NCBI GenBank assembly: GCA_964016885.1
Contig: OZ024743.1
Coordinates: 357,926,001 to 357,990,000, forward strand
DNA length: 64,000 nucleotides
Reading direction: 5' to 3'
Source: Eledone cirrhosa
Lineage: Eukaryota
Below the pieces are notes generated by a model that worked only from the letters and a program-made list of their open reading frames with translations, was not told where the DNA came from and made no database searches. A program made the position numbers and the translations under genes. Shown here piece by piece: positions 54,201 through 63,404 of this stretch; the first letter of the stretch is position 1; the number at the start of each line of letters is the position of its first letter.

Positions 54201-54694
54201 TGGCCTGGCAGTGCTACCGAGGAGCCTTGCCAGTTCGGGATAAACTCTACAGGCATGGAGGTGCCGTCAGCCGGGCATGTCCGAGATGCGCGCAGGGCGA
54301 CGAAACCGTCCTGCACGCACTCGTCCAGTGTCCGAAAATTGCTGACTTGTGGGTTTATGTCGAACACCTGCTGTCGCGTTTAGGACGGATCCAGCTATCA
54401 TCTGAGTCCATCGTGAGGATTGCCCCGCCCTCCTCCTTTAGCCGGGAAGGGCAGGCAGTTTTTATCTGTCTGGTGGCCATGGCGAAAGAGATAGTATGGT
54501 GGACACGTTTGAAAGGGCTGAAGACGAGCACTTACCTCTTCGGTGATGCTCTGATTGACTTTTTCAAATTTCATTTGAAAAGGAAAATCAGAGTAGAGAG
54601 GGAAGTGCTCTCTTCCCAGCATTTTGTTGAAAGATGGGTGAGAGAAGCAAGAATGGCCCGAGTGAATGGGCCGACTCTGAGTATATATCTGTAA
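51275..54694 (+). CDS. ORF2p copy 8
   Basis: Intact 1139 aa; private S>N change. Confidence 0.97.
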   Translation: MTSLRIGSINARGLGSSWKQGHLLNDLRSLNIDVVAISETRISEARAFAPIFGGYDVYASPSRPGSGGGVAVLFRRGLDLAIRAIFLDPEGKLVVLDVTSGDGQAFRLVAVYAPTGAGRPDFFRRLETFLGTSRSLVLVGDWNGILDARWDCVGLADRGGGCKSLTNLLRRFELSDRYRLDFPNVPMWTWTNRIGSSRSYLDRVFCREIDRSSIGCPQFKIVSYTDHKFVICVLDLDRLHRRGPGYWKLNASLPARKAYRDRISELVKRALTGAIVNNKWWFALKRAIRIESIRFSKALAIEKNRAEGELVRKLDEALSKGIATDVLAAKLALDQFFNAKHEGCVVRARVRALRHEGTKAVQWARVAEARRGNKATIRSLVDHDGRMLLDPGQMCEAFQRHFAQLFGGSGGPGRGMDFSVYLDGLPRLSATEAKCCEKPITAAEVREAMTGCTRGKSPGLDGLPYELYVQMPDLFGGLLADVYCNWQQNGRIPNSVSRGAVALLRKDPNKGDNIDNFRPITLLNTEFKILAKVLAKRLALVVGGLVGEAQTCAIPDRSIHDNLHLMRYIVERVAREPGTGGSLINLDQSKAFDRVDHRYLAAVLRAAGFGPVFRGWIAAMHSDICSVVRVNGHLSEPFNIMRSVRQGCPLSSLLYVLTLEPLLHKLETLRGVPRELGCGRSVSAYADDVTVVVSNAKHIEAIGTTLREYEAVTGAMINQEKSVGLQLGTWRGRSMPSNSVVGRWTDGPVKLLGVWFGPDLQTDKNWDEVTSRVASLTQKWAERKLSLKGRAEVANAYIASVICYRLTVVPCPKPRLTALERLLFRFLWKGRAPMVRRSICCQHPLRGGLGMPWLMMRRHALRLRHLHLFLDGDQVWSPFARRVFPQLVSLTELQSWVKRRPRGSAWRLECLQALTALDQSGNVIGGNSTSAFYRGLVEGKSDDVLGETLGVDENQLANLFGRTFGPGPMDNFQKSLAWQCYRGALPVRDKLYRHGGAVSRACPRCAQGDETVLHALVQCPKIADLWVYVEHLLSRLGRIQLSSESIVRIAPPSSFSREGQAVFICLVAMAKEIVWWTRLKGLKTSTYLFGDALIDFFKFHLKRKIRVEREVLSSQHFVERWVREARMARVNGPTLSIYL

Positions 54695-54954
54695 ACTAAA
54701 GGTGGAAAACTGGGAGAGGGCACTTGCCTTGGTGGTCAGGGTCATTGTGGCTTTTTACTGGGCTTTCTCCACAAATGTCCCTCCGAAGTCTCCCCCCTAT
54801 TGGGGAATTTTTCATTGTTATTTTCATTGTTATTTTTGTTACATCCTCTGTTTTTGTTTTTTTTACACGCAGAAATGCCCATTTGTACCGTCCTGCATTG
54901 TCCTGCACTGTCCTTAATGTCTACTTTATGTAAACCCTTGTGGTTAATAAAGAA

Positions 54955-54996
54955 ATCATTATTATTATTATTATTGTTATTATTATTATTATTATT
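54955..54996. repeat. linker ATC(ATT)6GTT(ATT)6
   Basis: Counted directly. Confidence 0.9.
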
Positions 54997-55209
54997 GAAT
55001 GCCATGGTTGACGGAGGCTCGGCTCTGTAAGGTATAGTAATTTTTAACCGTTAAAACAATTGTAAATTGTTTAAAACTTGAACCAAATTGTTGATAAAGA
55101 CACCCTCCTCCTCGTGAGAGGGGTCTTTCTGTCCGTTATTTGGCCCTTCGGGGTTAAATAGCCAGTTATTGGGGTTTTGTACCCAAAATTTCATTTTAAA
55201 CAAAAAAAC

Positions 55210-57303
55210 ATGGCTACCAAAAAAAAAAAATTTCATACGTCACTCCCACTCATTCCGTCTTCTTCTTCCTCAATCATCACTACAGGAGAGAGAAGATTGT
55301 CTCTCTCCCTCCCTTCTTTAAATGTGTCTCTCTCCCTACCTTCTCTTTCGCAAGCGACGAAAGAAAAGAAAAGTCTCGTGCAAAGCGTGCAAGGTTTCTC
55401 CACGACGACGACGACAGCGACGAAACAGGTGTGCGGGAAATACGAAAACCCAGTTCATTCGTCTGACGTCAGGAATAATAGCAGTAGCAGCCGTAATAAC
55501 AACAGCAACAGTGACAATGAAAACAACAGTAGCAGCCGCAACAGCATCACCAGCAGCATAAACAACAACAGCATTAGCAGCAGCAACACCAACAACAACC
55601 ACAGCAACAGCGGCGGAGGCAGTAGTCGTAGTACCTGCAGCAACAACAAAAGTACCAGCAGCTCTGACGACAACAACAACAGCAGAGAAAAACCAATCTC
55701 ATTTGCAGGTATTGCGAAAAACCTGGAAACAATCCTCATAACAAATGAGGAATTAGAGGAAGCGAAGAAGATGGTGACAAAGAACGGACACCGAGCAATC
55801 TGCAAGGCAGCGAAAAATTTTTTCGAAACCCAAGAGCACTGTACGGTCACGTACCGTACAGTAAGTACAAAATCCCGTAGGGTGGAAAGAGCCACAGAGG
55901 CCCAAATACAAAAAGCCTTGGGGTCTGTGTGGCAGAGGAAAACGCACATCACCCGAGGCAAAAAATACGCCACCGTAGACGTACTTTTTGCCACACCCCA
56001 GGAGGCAAAGGCCCAATCAGTAGTGACCCTAAGGAGCGAGGAAATGGTGTTGGTGCCCTCCTACTGCGGGCAAAAAATTGTGAGGGTCAAACTGACCCAC
56101 GTCCCCCCCGGAATGACCCCTTCTTGGCTGGCCGCGTCTGTCCTCGTCGGAATCGAGGACAAAACAACTGTACTGCAAGTACAGAAAAAAGTAAGAGAAG
56201 ATTGGGTCGGCTCCTCCATTGAGATGCTAATACAAACCAACCAGGAGTGCATCGAAGCTATCCCGGATGTGATAGACTTCGATAACGGCACTCAACTGCC
56301 CATAAGTGTTGAGGGCAAACGCCCGAAATGCTTTCGCTGTGGATCGAAGACTCACCTCAGGGCCTTCTGCAACGAGAAGACCATGAGAAAGGAGAAAACC
56401 CCCCTCCTCCCGAATCCGGTTCCACGGCTACCAGCAACAGGACAAGCGGCAACCAGGAACGATAGGTCCGTGGCACCCATACCCACTCCACGGAAATCAA
56501 AGACAGCAGCAGCAGTGGAAATATTAACAACAACAACAGCAATACCAAATGCAGCTGCAACAGAGACTCCAGTGCAAACATCACCAACAACAACAAGTGA
56601 AAGAGTGGAGCTGGTACCCCTCCCCGACCTTACAGAATCAGACATGGAGTGTGAGGTGGGAGAGGGATGGCAAAAGGTCTCAAGAAGGCACAAACGCAGA
56701 AGCAGCGCATCGTCGCCTTTGAAAAGGGAGGAAAGAAATGAGAAAAGGGTAAAGTCTACTGCAAAGAGACCCACAGCAGCAACACCACCAACACCATCAC
56801 CACCCACACCAGCACCACCATCACCACCGGCGACAACCCCACCGCCAACAACACCTTCAACACCACAAGCACCAACATCGCAAACACAACAACAAAACAC
56901 ACACACCCAGCAACAACGACAAGAAAATAGCAGAACCACACCCCACCCCCAGAAAAACAAATGCACGGCAATAAACACACACAACAAGAAACTAATGACT
57001 TACATAATTGAACACACAGACATTTCACAACAGGACTACATAATACCAGCACCAATCAAAACGCCAACTAACATAAGACTGCTAAAAATAGCACAGAAAC
57101 AATACACAAACATTAAAACGAAATTCCCCAACGCAGTTGGTGATTTCAGGGACCTAGGAGGAACCATTAATCGAAGAGTATATTCAGACATTCTCTTAGA
57201 AGAGCCGACGACCAGCCGAAGGGACGATTCAACGGTCCCTTCACCAGACGATCAAGTGAAAAGGGATGTAAAAACCATCCCTCCTCTACCAAAAATACGG
57301 TAA
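55210..57303 (+). CDS. ORF1p copy 9
   Basis: As copy 1 minus 2 Pro; private L>M change. Confidence 0.9.
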   Translation: MATKKKKFHTSLPLIPSSSSSIITTGERRLSLSLPSLNVSLSLPSLSQATKEKKSLVQSVQGFSTTTTTATKQVCGKYENPVHSSDVRNNSSSSRNNNSNSDNENNSSSRNSITSSINNNSISSSNTNNNHSNSGGGSSRSTCSNNKSTSSSDDNNNSREKPISFAGIAKNLETILITNEELEEAKKMVTKNGHRAICKAAKNFFETQEHCTVTYRTVSTKSRRVERATEAQIQKALGSVWQRKTHITRGKKYATVDVLFATPQEAKAQSVVTLRSEEMVLVPSYCGQKIVRVKLTHVPPGMTPSWLAASVLVGIEDKTTVLQVQKKVREDWVGSSIEMLIQTNQECIEAIPDVIDFDNGTQLPISVEGKRPKCFRCGSKTHLRAFCNEKTMRKEKTPLLPNPVPRLPATGQAATRNDRSVAPIPTPRKSKTAAAVEILTTTTAIPNAAATETPVQTSPTTTSERVELVPLPDLTESDMECEVGEGWQKVSRRHKRRSSASSPLKREERNEKRVKSTAKRPTAATPPTPSPPTPAPPSPPATTPPPTTPSTPQAPTSQTQQQNTHTQQQRQENSRTTPHPQKNKCTAINTHNKKLMTYIIEHTDISQQDYIIPAPIKTPTNIRLLKIAQKQYTNIKTKFPNAVGDFRDLGGTINRRVYSDILLEEPTTSRRDDSTVPSPDDQVKRDVKTIPPLPKIR

Positions 57304-57338
57304 GTGGTCTTTCCCATCTTTTCCACTCTATTTTAAAC

Positions 57339-60300
57339 ATGACCTCACTCAGAATAGGCAGCATAAATGCGCGTGGCTTGGGGTCGTCATGGAAGCAGGG
57401 TCACCTGCTCAACGACCTCAGGTCACTAAACATAGATGTAGTGGCCATCAGCGAGACCAGAATCTCCGAAGCACGGGCCTTCGCACCGATCTTCGGCGGC
57501 TACGATGTGTACGCATCTCCCAGCCGTCCTGGATCGGGTGGAGGAGTTGCTGTGCTTTTTCGGAGAGGTTTGGATCTCGCCATACGGGCCATCTTCCTGG
57601 ACCCAGAGGGTAAGCTGGTGGTGCTGGACGTGACCAGCGGAGACGGGCAAGCTTTCAGGCTAGTGGCCGTCTATGCCCCGACAGGAGCAGGGCGGCCTGA
57701 TTTCTTCCGGCGTCTGGAGACCTTTCTTGGAACGTCGCGCTCTTTAGTGTTAGTGGGCGACTGGAACGGGATCTTAGATGCACGCTGGGACTGTGTGGGA
57801 TTAGCGGATAGGGGTGGAGGGTGCAAGAGCCTCACCAACCTGCTCAGGCGTTTTGAACTGTCTGACAGGTACCGATTGGATTTCCCGAATGTGCCAATGT
57901 GGACTTGGACAAACCGCATAGGGTCATCCAGATCATATCTAGATAGAGTATTTTGTAGGGAAATAGATAGGTCTAGCATAGGCTGTCCACAATTCAAGAT
58001 AGTCAGCTACACGGACCACAAATTCGTGATCTGTGTGCTTGACTTAGATAGGCTTCATAGACGAGGACCCGGCTACTGGAAGCTAAACGCGTCCTTACCA
58101 GCGCGCAAGGCCTACAGAGACCGGATTAGCGAACTAGTTAAGCGGGCGTTGACGGGGGCCATCGTCAACAACAAGTGGTGGTTTGCTCTGAAAAGAGCGA
58201 TTAGAATAGAATCGATTAGGTTTAGTAAGGCTTTAGCAATAGAGAAAAATAGAGCAGAGGGAGAACTAGTTAGAAAATTAGACGAGGCGCTTAGCAAAGG
58301 CATTGCGACCGACGTGCTTGCGGCGAAATTGGCCCTTGACCAATTCTTCAATGCAAAGCACGAAGGCTGCGTTGTCAGAGCTAGGGTGCGTGCTCTCAGA
58401 CACGAGGGGACGAAAGCCGTTCAATGGGCCCGAGTGGCGGAGGCGCGTCGTGGCAACAAAGCCACGATCCGGTCTTTGGTGGACCACGACGGGCGCATGC
58501 TACTCGATCCCGGGCAAATGTGTGAAGCTTTTCAGCGACACTTCGCTCAGCTGTTCGGGGGCAGCGGGGGGCCGGGTAGAGGGATGGACTTTAGTGTCTA
58601 CCTCGACGGACTGCCGCGGCTCTCGGCCACTGAGGCGAAGTGTTGCGAAAAGCCGATAACAGCCGCTGAAGTAAGGGAGGCAATGACTGGCTGCACAAGG
58701 GGTAAATCGCCTGGTTTGGATGGTCTGCCCTATGAACTTTACGTACAGATGCCAGACTTGTTCGGAGGCCTCTTGGCGGACGTCTACTGCAACTGGCAAC
58801 AGAACGGGAGAATTCCCAGTTCTGTGAGCCGAGGAGCGGTGGCACTGCTGAGAAAGGATCCGAACAAGGGGGATAACATAGACAATTTCCGGCCCATAAC
58901 TCTGCTAAACACAGAGTTTAAGATTTTGGCCAAGGTGCTAGCAAAGAGGTTGGCGCTTGTCGTTGGTGGTCTGGTGGGAGAGGCGCAGACATGCGCCATT
59001 CCCGACAGATCCATCCACGACAACCTCCACCTCATGCGATACATCGTAGAGAGGGTAGCTAGGGAACCTGGCACGGGTGGGTCCTTGATCAATTTAGATC
59101 AGTCGAAAGCTTTCGATAGGGTCGACCATCGTTACCTAGCGGCAGTCCTGAGGGCGGCTGGCTTTGGGCCCGTCTTCAGAGGCTGGATCGCTGCCATGCA
59201 CAGCGACATCTGCTCTGTGGTGAGAGTGAACGGTCACCTGTCGGAACCGTTCAACATCATGCGCTCGGTCCGCCAAGGATGTCCCCTCTCGTCCCTCTTG
59301 TACGTATTGACTCTCGAGCCATTACTGCACAAACTGGAGACGTTGAGGGGAGTCCCGCGCGAACTAGGATGCGGAAGATCCGTGTCAGCATATGCGGACG
59401 ATGTCACCGTAGTGGTGTCGAACGCCAAACACATCGAGGCGATCGGCACTACACTAAGAGAATACGAAGCGGTGACAGGAGCAATGATCAACCAGGAAAA
59501 GTCAGTGGGCCTGCAGCTCGGCACCTGGAGAGGCAGGTCCATGCCGTCCAACAGCGTCGTCGGGCGCTGGACGGACGGACCGGTTAAATTGCTAGGGGTC
59601 TGGTTCGGTCCGGACCTCCAGACGGACAAAAACTGGGACGAGGTGACGAGCAGGGTGGCTTCTCTCACCCAGAAATGGGCGGAGAGGAAGCTATCCCTGA
59701 AAGGTCGAGCGGAGGTGGCTAACGCGTACATCGCGTCTGTCATCTGCTACCGCCTAACCGTCGTACCTTGTCCTAAGCCTCGCCTGACTGCGCTGGAGCG
59801 TTTGCTCTTTCGCTTTTTGTGGAAGGGACGTGCTCCGATGGTCAGGCGGTCCATCTGTTGTCAACACCCGCTACGTGGAGGGCTGGGCATGCCGTGGCTG
59901 ATGATGCGCAGGCACGCGCTCAGGCTACGACATCTCCACCTCTTCCTCGACGGTGATCAGGTGTGGTCGCCGTTTGCTAGACGCGTTTTTCCCCAGCTCG
60001 TTTCCTTGACGGAGCTGCAGTCCTGGGTCAAGCGAAGACCGAGAGGGAGCGCCTGGAGACTGGAATGTCTTCAGGCGCTCACAGCCCTCGACCAATCGGG
60101 CAATGTGATCGGTGGAAACTCCACCTCGGCGTTCTATAGAGGATTAGTGGAGGGGAAGAGCGACGACGTACTTGGGGAAACTCTAGGCGTCGACGAAAAT
60201 CAACTAGCCAATCTCTTCGGAAGAACTTTCGGGCCAGGGCCTATGGACAACTTCCAGAAATCTCTGGCCTGGCAGTGCTACCGAGGAGCCTTGCCAGTTC

Positions 60301-60758
60301 GGGATAAACTCTACAGGCATGGAGGTGCCGTCAGCCGGGCATGTCCGAGATGCGCGCAGGGCGACGAAACCGTCCTGCACGCACTCGTCCAGTGTCCGAA
60401 AATTGCTGACTTGTGGGTTTATGTCGAACACCTGCTGTCGCGTTTAGGACGGATCCAGCTATCATCTGAGTCCATCGTGAGGATTGCCCCGCCCTCCTCC
60501 TTTAGCCGGGAAGGGCAGGCAGTTTTTATCTGTCTGGTGGCCATGGCGAAAGAGATAGTATGGTGGACACGTTTGAAAGGGCTGAAGACGAGCACTTACC
60601 TCTTCGGTGATGCTCTGATTGACTTTTTCAAATTTCATTTGAAAAGGAAAATCAGAGTAGAGAGGGAAGTGCTCTCTTCCCAGCATTTTGTTGAAAGATG
60701 GGTGAGAGAAGCAAGAATGGCCCGAGTGAATGGGCCGACTCTGAGTATATATCTGTAA
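57339..60758 (+). CDS. ORF2p copy 9
   Basis: Intact 1139 aa. Confidence 0.97.
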   Translation: MTSLRIGSINARGLGSSWKQGHLLNDLRSLNIDVVAISETRISEARAFAPIFGGYDVYASPSRPGSGGGVAVLFRRGLDLAIRAIFLDPEGKLVVLDVTSGDGQAFRLVAVYAPTGAGRPDFFRRLETFLGTSRSLVLVGDWNGILDARWDCVGLADRGGGCKSLTNLLRRFELSDRYRLDFPNVPMWTWTNRIGSSRSYLDRVFCREIDRSSIGCPQFKIVSYTDHKFVICVLDLDRLHRRGPGYWKLNASLPARKAYRDRISELVKRALTGAIVNNKWWFALKRAIRIESIRFSKALAIEKNRAEGELVRKLDEALSKGIATDVLAAKLALDQFFNAKHEGCVVRARVRALRHEGTKAVQWARVAEARRGNKATIRSLVDHDGRMLLDPGQMCEAFQRHFAQLFGGSGGPGRGMDFSVYLDGLPRLSATEAKCCEKPITAAEVREAMTGCTRGKSPGLDGLPYELYVQMPDLFGGLLADVYCNWQQNGRIPSSVSRGAVALLRKDPNKGDNIDNFRPITLLNTEFKILAKVLAKRLALVVGGLVGEAQTCAIPDRSIHDNLHLMRYIVERVAREPGTGGSLINLDQSKAFDRVDHRYLAAVLRAAGFGPVFRGWIAAMHSDICSVVRVNGHLSEPFNIMRSVRQGCPLSSLLYVLTLEPLLHKLETLRGVPRELGCGRSVSAYADDVTVVVSNAKHIEAIGTTLREYEAVTGAMINQEKSVGLQLGTWRGRSMPSNSVVGRWTDGPVKLLGVWFGPDLQTDKNWDEVTSRVASLTQKWAERKLSLKGRAEVANAYIASVICYRLTVVPCPKPRLTALERLLFRFLWKGRAPMVRRSICCQHPLRGGLGMPWLMMRRHALRLRHLHLFLDGDQVWSPFARRVFPQLVSLTELQSWVKRRPRGSAWRLECLQALTALDQSGNVIGGNSTSAFYRGLVEGKSDDVLGETLGVDENQLANLFGRTFGPGPMDNFQKSLAWQCYRGALPVRDKLYRHGGAVSRACPRCAQGDETVLHALVQCPKIADLWVYVEHLLSRLGRIQLSSESIVRIAPPSSFSREGQAVFICLVAMAKEIVWWTRLKGLKTSTYLFGDALIDFFKFHLKRKIRVEREVLSSQHFVERWVREARMARVNGPTLSIYL

Positions 60759-61017
60759 ACTAAAGGTGGAAAACTGGGAGAGGGCACTTGCCTTGGTGGT
60801 CAGGGTCATTGTGGCTTTTTACTGGGCTTTCTCCACAAATGTCCCTCCGAAGTCTCCCCCCTATTGGGGAATTTTTCATTGTTATTTTCATTGTTATTTT
60901 TGTTACATCCTCTGTTTTTGTTTTTTTACACGCAGAAATGCCCATTTGTACCGTCCTGCATTGTCCTGCACTGTCCTTAATGTCTACTTTATGTAAACCC
61001 TTGTGGTTAATAAAGAA

Positions 61018-61059
61018 ATCATTATTATTATTATTATTGTTATTATTATTATTATTATT
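61018..61059. repeat. linker ATC(ATT)6GTT(ATT)6
   Basis: Counted directly. Confidence 0.9.
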
Positions 61060-61272
61060 GAATGCCATGGTTGACGGAGGCTCGGCTCTGTAAGGTATAG
61101 TAATTTTTAACCGTTAAAACAATTGTAAATTGTTTAAAACTTGAACCAAATTGTTGATAAAGACACCCTCCTCCTCGTGAGAGGGGTCTTTCTGTCCGTT
61201 ATTTGGCCCTTCGGGGTTAAATAACCAGTTATTGGGGTTTTGTACCCAAAATTTCATTTTAAACAAAAAAAC

Positions 61273-63369
61273 ATGGCTACCAAAAAGAAATTTCATACGT
61301 CACTCCCACTCATTCCGTCTTCTTCTTCCTCAATCATCACTACAGCAGAGAGAAGATTGTCTCTCTCCCTCCCTTCTTTAAATGTGTCTCTCTCCCTCCC
61401 TTCTCTTTCGCAAGTGACGAAAGAAAAGAAAAGTCTCGTGCAAAGCGTGCAAGGTTTCTCCACGACGACGACGACAGCGACGAAACAGGTGTGCGGGAAA
61501 TACGAAAACCCAGTTCATACGTCTGACGTCAGGAATAATAGCAGTAGCAGCCGTAATAACAACAGCAACAGTGACAATGAAAACAACAGTAGCAGCCGCA
61601 ACAGCATCACCAGCAGCATAAACAACAACAGCATTAGCAGCAGCAACACCAACAACAACCACAGCAACAGCGGCGGAGGCAGTAGTCGTAGTACCTGCAG
61701 CAACAACAAAAGTACCAGCAGCTCTGACGACAACAACAACAGCAGAGAAAAACCAATCTCATTTGCAGGTATTGCGAAAAATTTGGAAACAATCCTCATA
61801 ACAAATGAGGAATTAGAGGAAGCGAAGAAGATGGTGACAAAGAACGGACACCGAGCAATCTGCAAGGCAGCGAAAAATTTTTTCGAAACCCAAGAGCACT
61901 GTACGGTCACGTACCGTACAGTAAGTACAAAATCCCGTAGGGTGGAAAGAGCCACAGAGGCCCAAATACAAAAAGCCTTGGGGTCTGTGTGGCAGCGGAA
62001 AACGCACATCACCCGAGGCAAAAAATATGCCACCGTAGACGTACTTTTTGCCACACCCCAGGAGGCAAAGGCCCAATCAGTAGTGACCCTAAGGAGCGAG
62101 GAAATGGTGTTGGTGCCCTCCTACTGTGGGCAAAAAATTGTGAGGGTCAAACTGACCCACGTCCCCCCCGGAATGACCCCTTCTTGGCTGGCCGCGTCTG
62201 TCCTCGTCGGAATCGAGGACAAAACAACTGTACTGCAAGTACAGAAAAAAGTAAGAGAAGATTGGGTCGGCTCCTCCATTGAGATGCTAATCCAAACCAA
62301 CCAGGAGTGCATCGAAGCTATCCCGGATGTGATAGACTTCGATAACGGCACTCAACTGCCCATAAGTGTTGAGGGCAAACGCCCGAAATGCTTTCGCTGT
62401 GGATCGAAGACTCACCTCAGGGCCTTCTGCAACGAGAAGACCCTGAGAAAGGAGAAAACCCCCCTCCTTCCGAATCCGGCTCCACGGCTACCAGCAACAG
62501 GACAAGCGGCAACCAGGAACGATAGGCCCGTGGCACCCATACCCACTCCACGGAAATCAAAAACAGCAGCAGCAGTGGAAATACTAACAACAACAACAGC
62601 AATACCAAATGCAGCTGCAACAGAGACTCCAGTGCAAACATCACCAACAACAACAAGTGAAAGAGTGGAGTTGGTACCCCTCCCCGACCTCACAGAATCA
62701 GACATGGAGTGTGAGGTGGGAGAGAGATGGCAAAAGGTCGTAAGAAGGCACAAACGCAGAAGCAGCGCATCGTCGCCTTTGAAAAGTGAGGAAAGAAATG
62801 AGAAAAGGGTAAAGTCTACTGCAAAGAGACCCACAGCAGCAACACCACCAACACCATCACCACCCACACCAGCACCACCATCACCACCGGCGACAACCCC
62901 ACCGCCAACAACACCTTCAACACCACCACCACAAGCACCAACATCGCAAACACAACAACAAAACACACACACCCAGCAACAACGACAAGAAAATAGCAGA
63001 ACCACACCCCACCCCCAGAAAAACAAATGCACGGCAATAAACACACACAACAAGAAACTAATGACTTACATAATTGAACACACAGACATTTCACAACAGG
63101 ACTACATAATACCAGCACCAATCAAAACGCCAACTAACATAAGACTGCTAAAAATAGCACAGAAACAATACACAAACATTAAAACGAAATTCCCCAACGC
63201 AGTTGGTGATTTCAGGGACCTAGGAGGAACCATTAATCGAAGAGTATATTCAGACATTCTCTTAGAAGAGCCGACGACCAGCCGAAGGGACGATTCAACG
63301 GTCCCTTCACCAGACGATCAAGTGAAAAGGGATGTAAAAACCATCCCTCCTCTACCAAAAATACGGTAA
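61273..63369 (+). CDS. ORF1p copy 10
   Basis: Intact, with several private amino-acid changes. Confidence 0.9.
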   Translation: MATKKKFHTSLPLIPSSSSSIITTAERRLSLSLPSLNVSLSLPSLSQVTKEKKSLVQSVQGFSTTTTTATKQVCGKYENPVHTSDVRNNSSSSRNNNSNSDNENNSSSRNSITSSINNNSISSSNTNNNHSNSGGGSSRSTCSNNKSTSSSDDNNNSREKPISFAGIAKNLETILITNEELEEAKKMVTKNGHRAICKAAKNFFETQEHCTVTYRTVSTKSRRVERATEAQIQKALGSVWQRKTHITRGKKYATVDVLFATPQEAKAQSVVTLRSEEMVLVPSYCGQKIVRVKLTHVPPGMTPSWLAASVLVGIEDKTTVLQVQKKVREDWVGSSIEMLIQTNQECIEAIPDVIDFDNGTQLPISVEGKRPKCFRCGSKTHLRAFCNEKTLRKEKTPLLPNPAPRLPATGQAATRNDRPVAPIPTPRKSKTAAAVEILTTTTAIPNAAATETPVQTSPTTTSERVELVPLPDLTESDMECEVGERWQKVVRRHKRRSSASSPLKSEERNEKRVKSTAKRPTAATPPTPSPPTPAPPSPPATTPPPTTPSTPPPQAPTSQTQQQNTHTQQQRQENSRTTPHPQKNKCTAINTHNKKLMTYIIEHTDISQQDYIIPAPIKTPTNIRLLKIAQKQYTNIKTKFPNAVGDFRDLGGTINRRVYSDILLEEPTTSRRDDSTVPSPDDQVKRDVKTIPPLPKIR

Positions 63370-63404
63370 GTGGTCTTTCCCATCTTTTCCACTCTATTTT
63401 AAAC

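Larger units (their letters stand above)
48927..54954 (+). mobile_element. retrotransposon copy 8, full length, A>G hypermutated 5' UTR
   Basis: 12 A>G changes between 48960 and 49133; the remainder is near consensus. Confidence 0.95.
54997..61017 (+). mobile_element. retrotransposon copy 9, full length
   Basis: Same 6-bp ORF1 deletion as copy 5. Confidence 0.95.
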
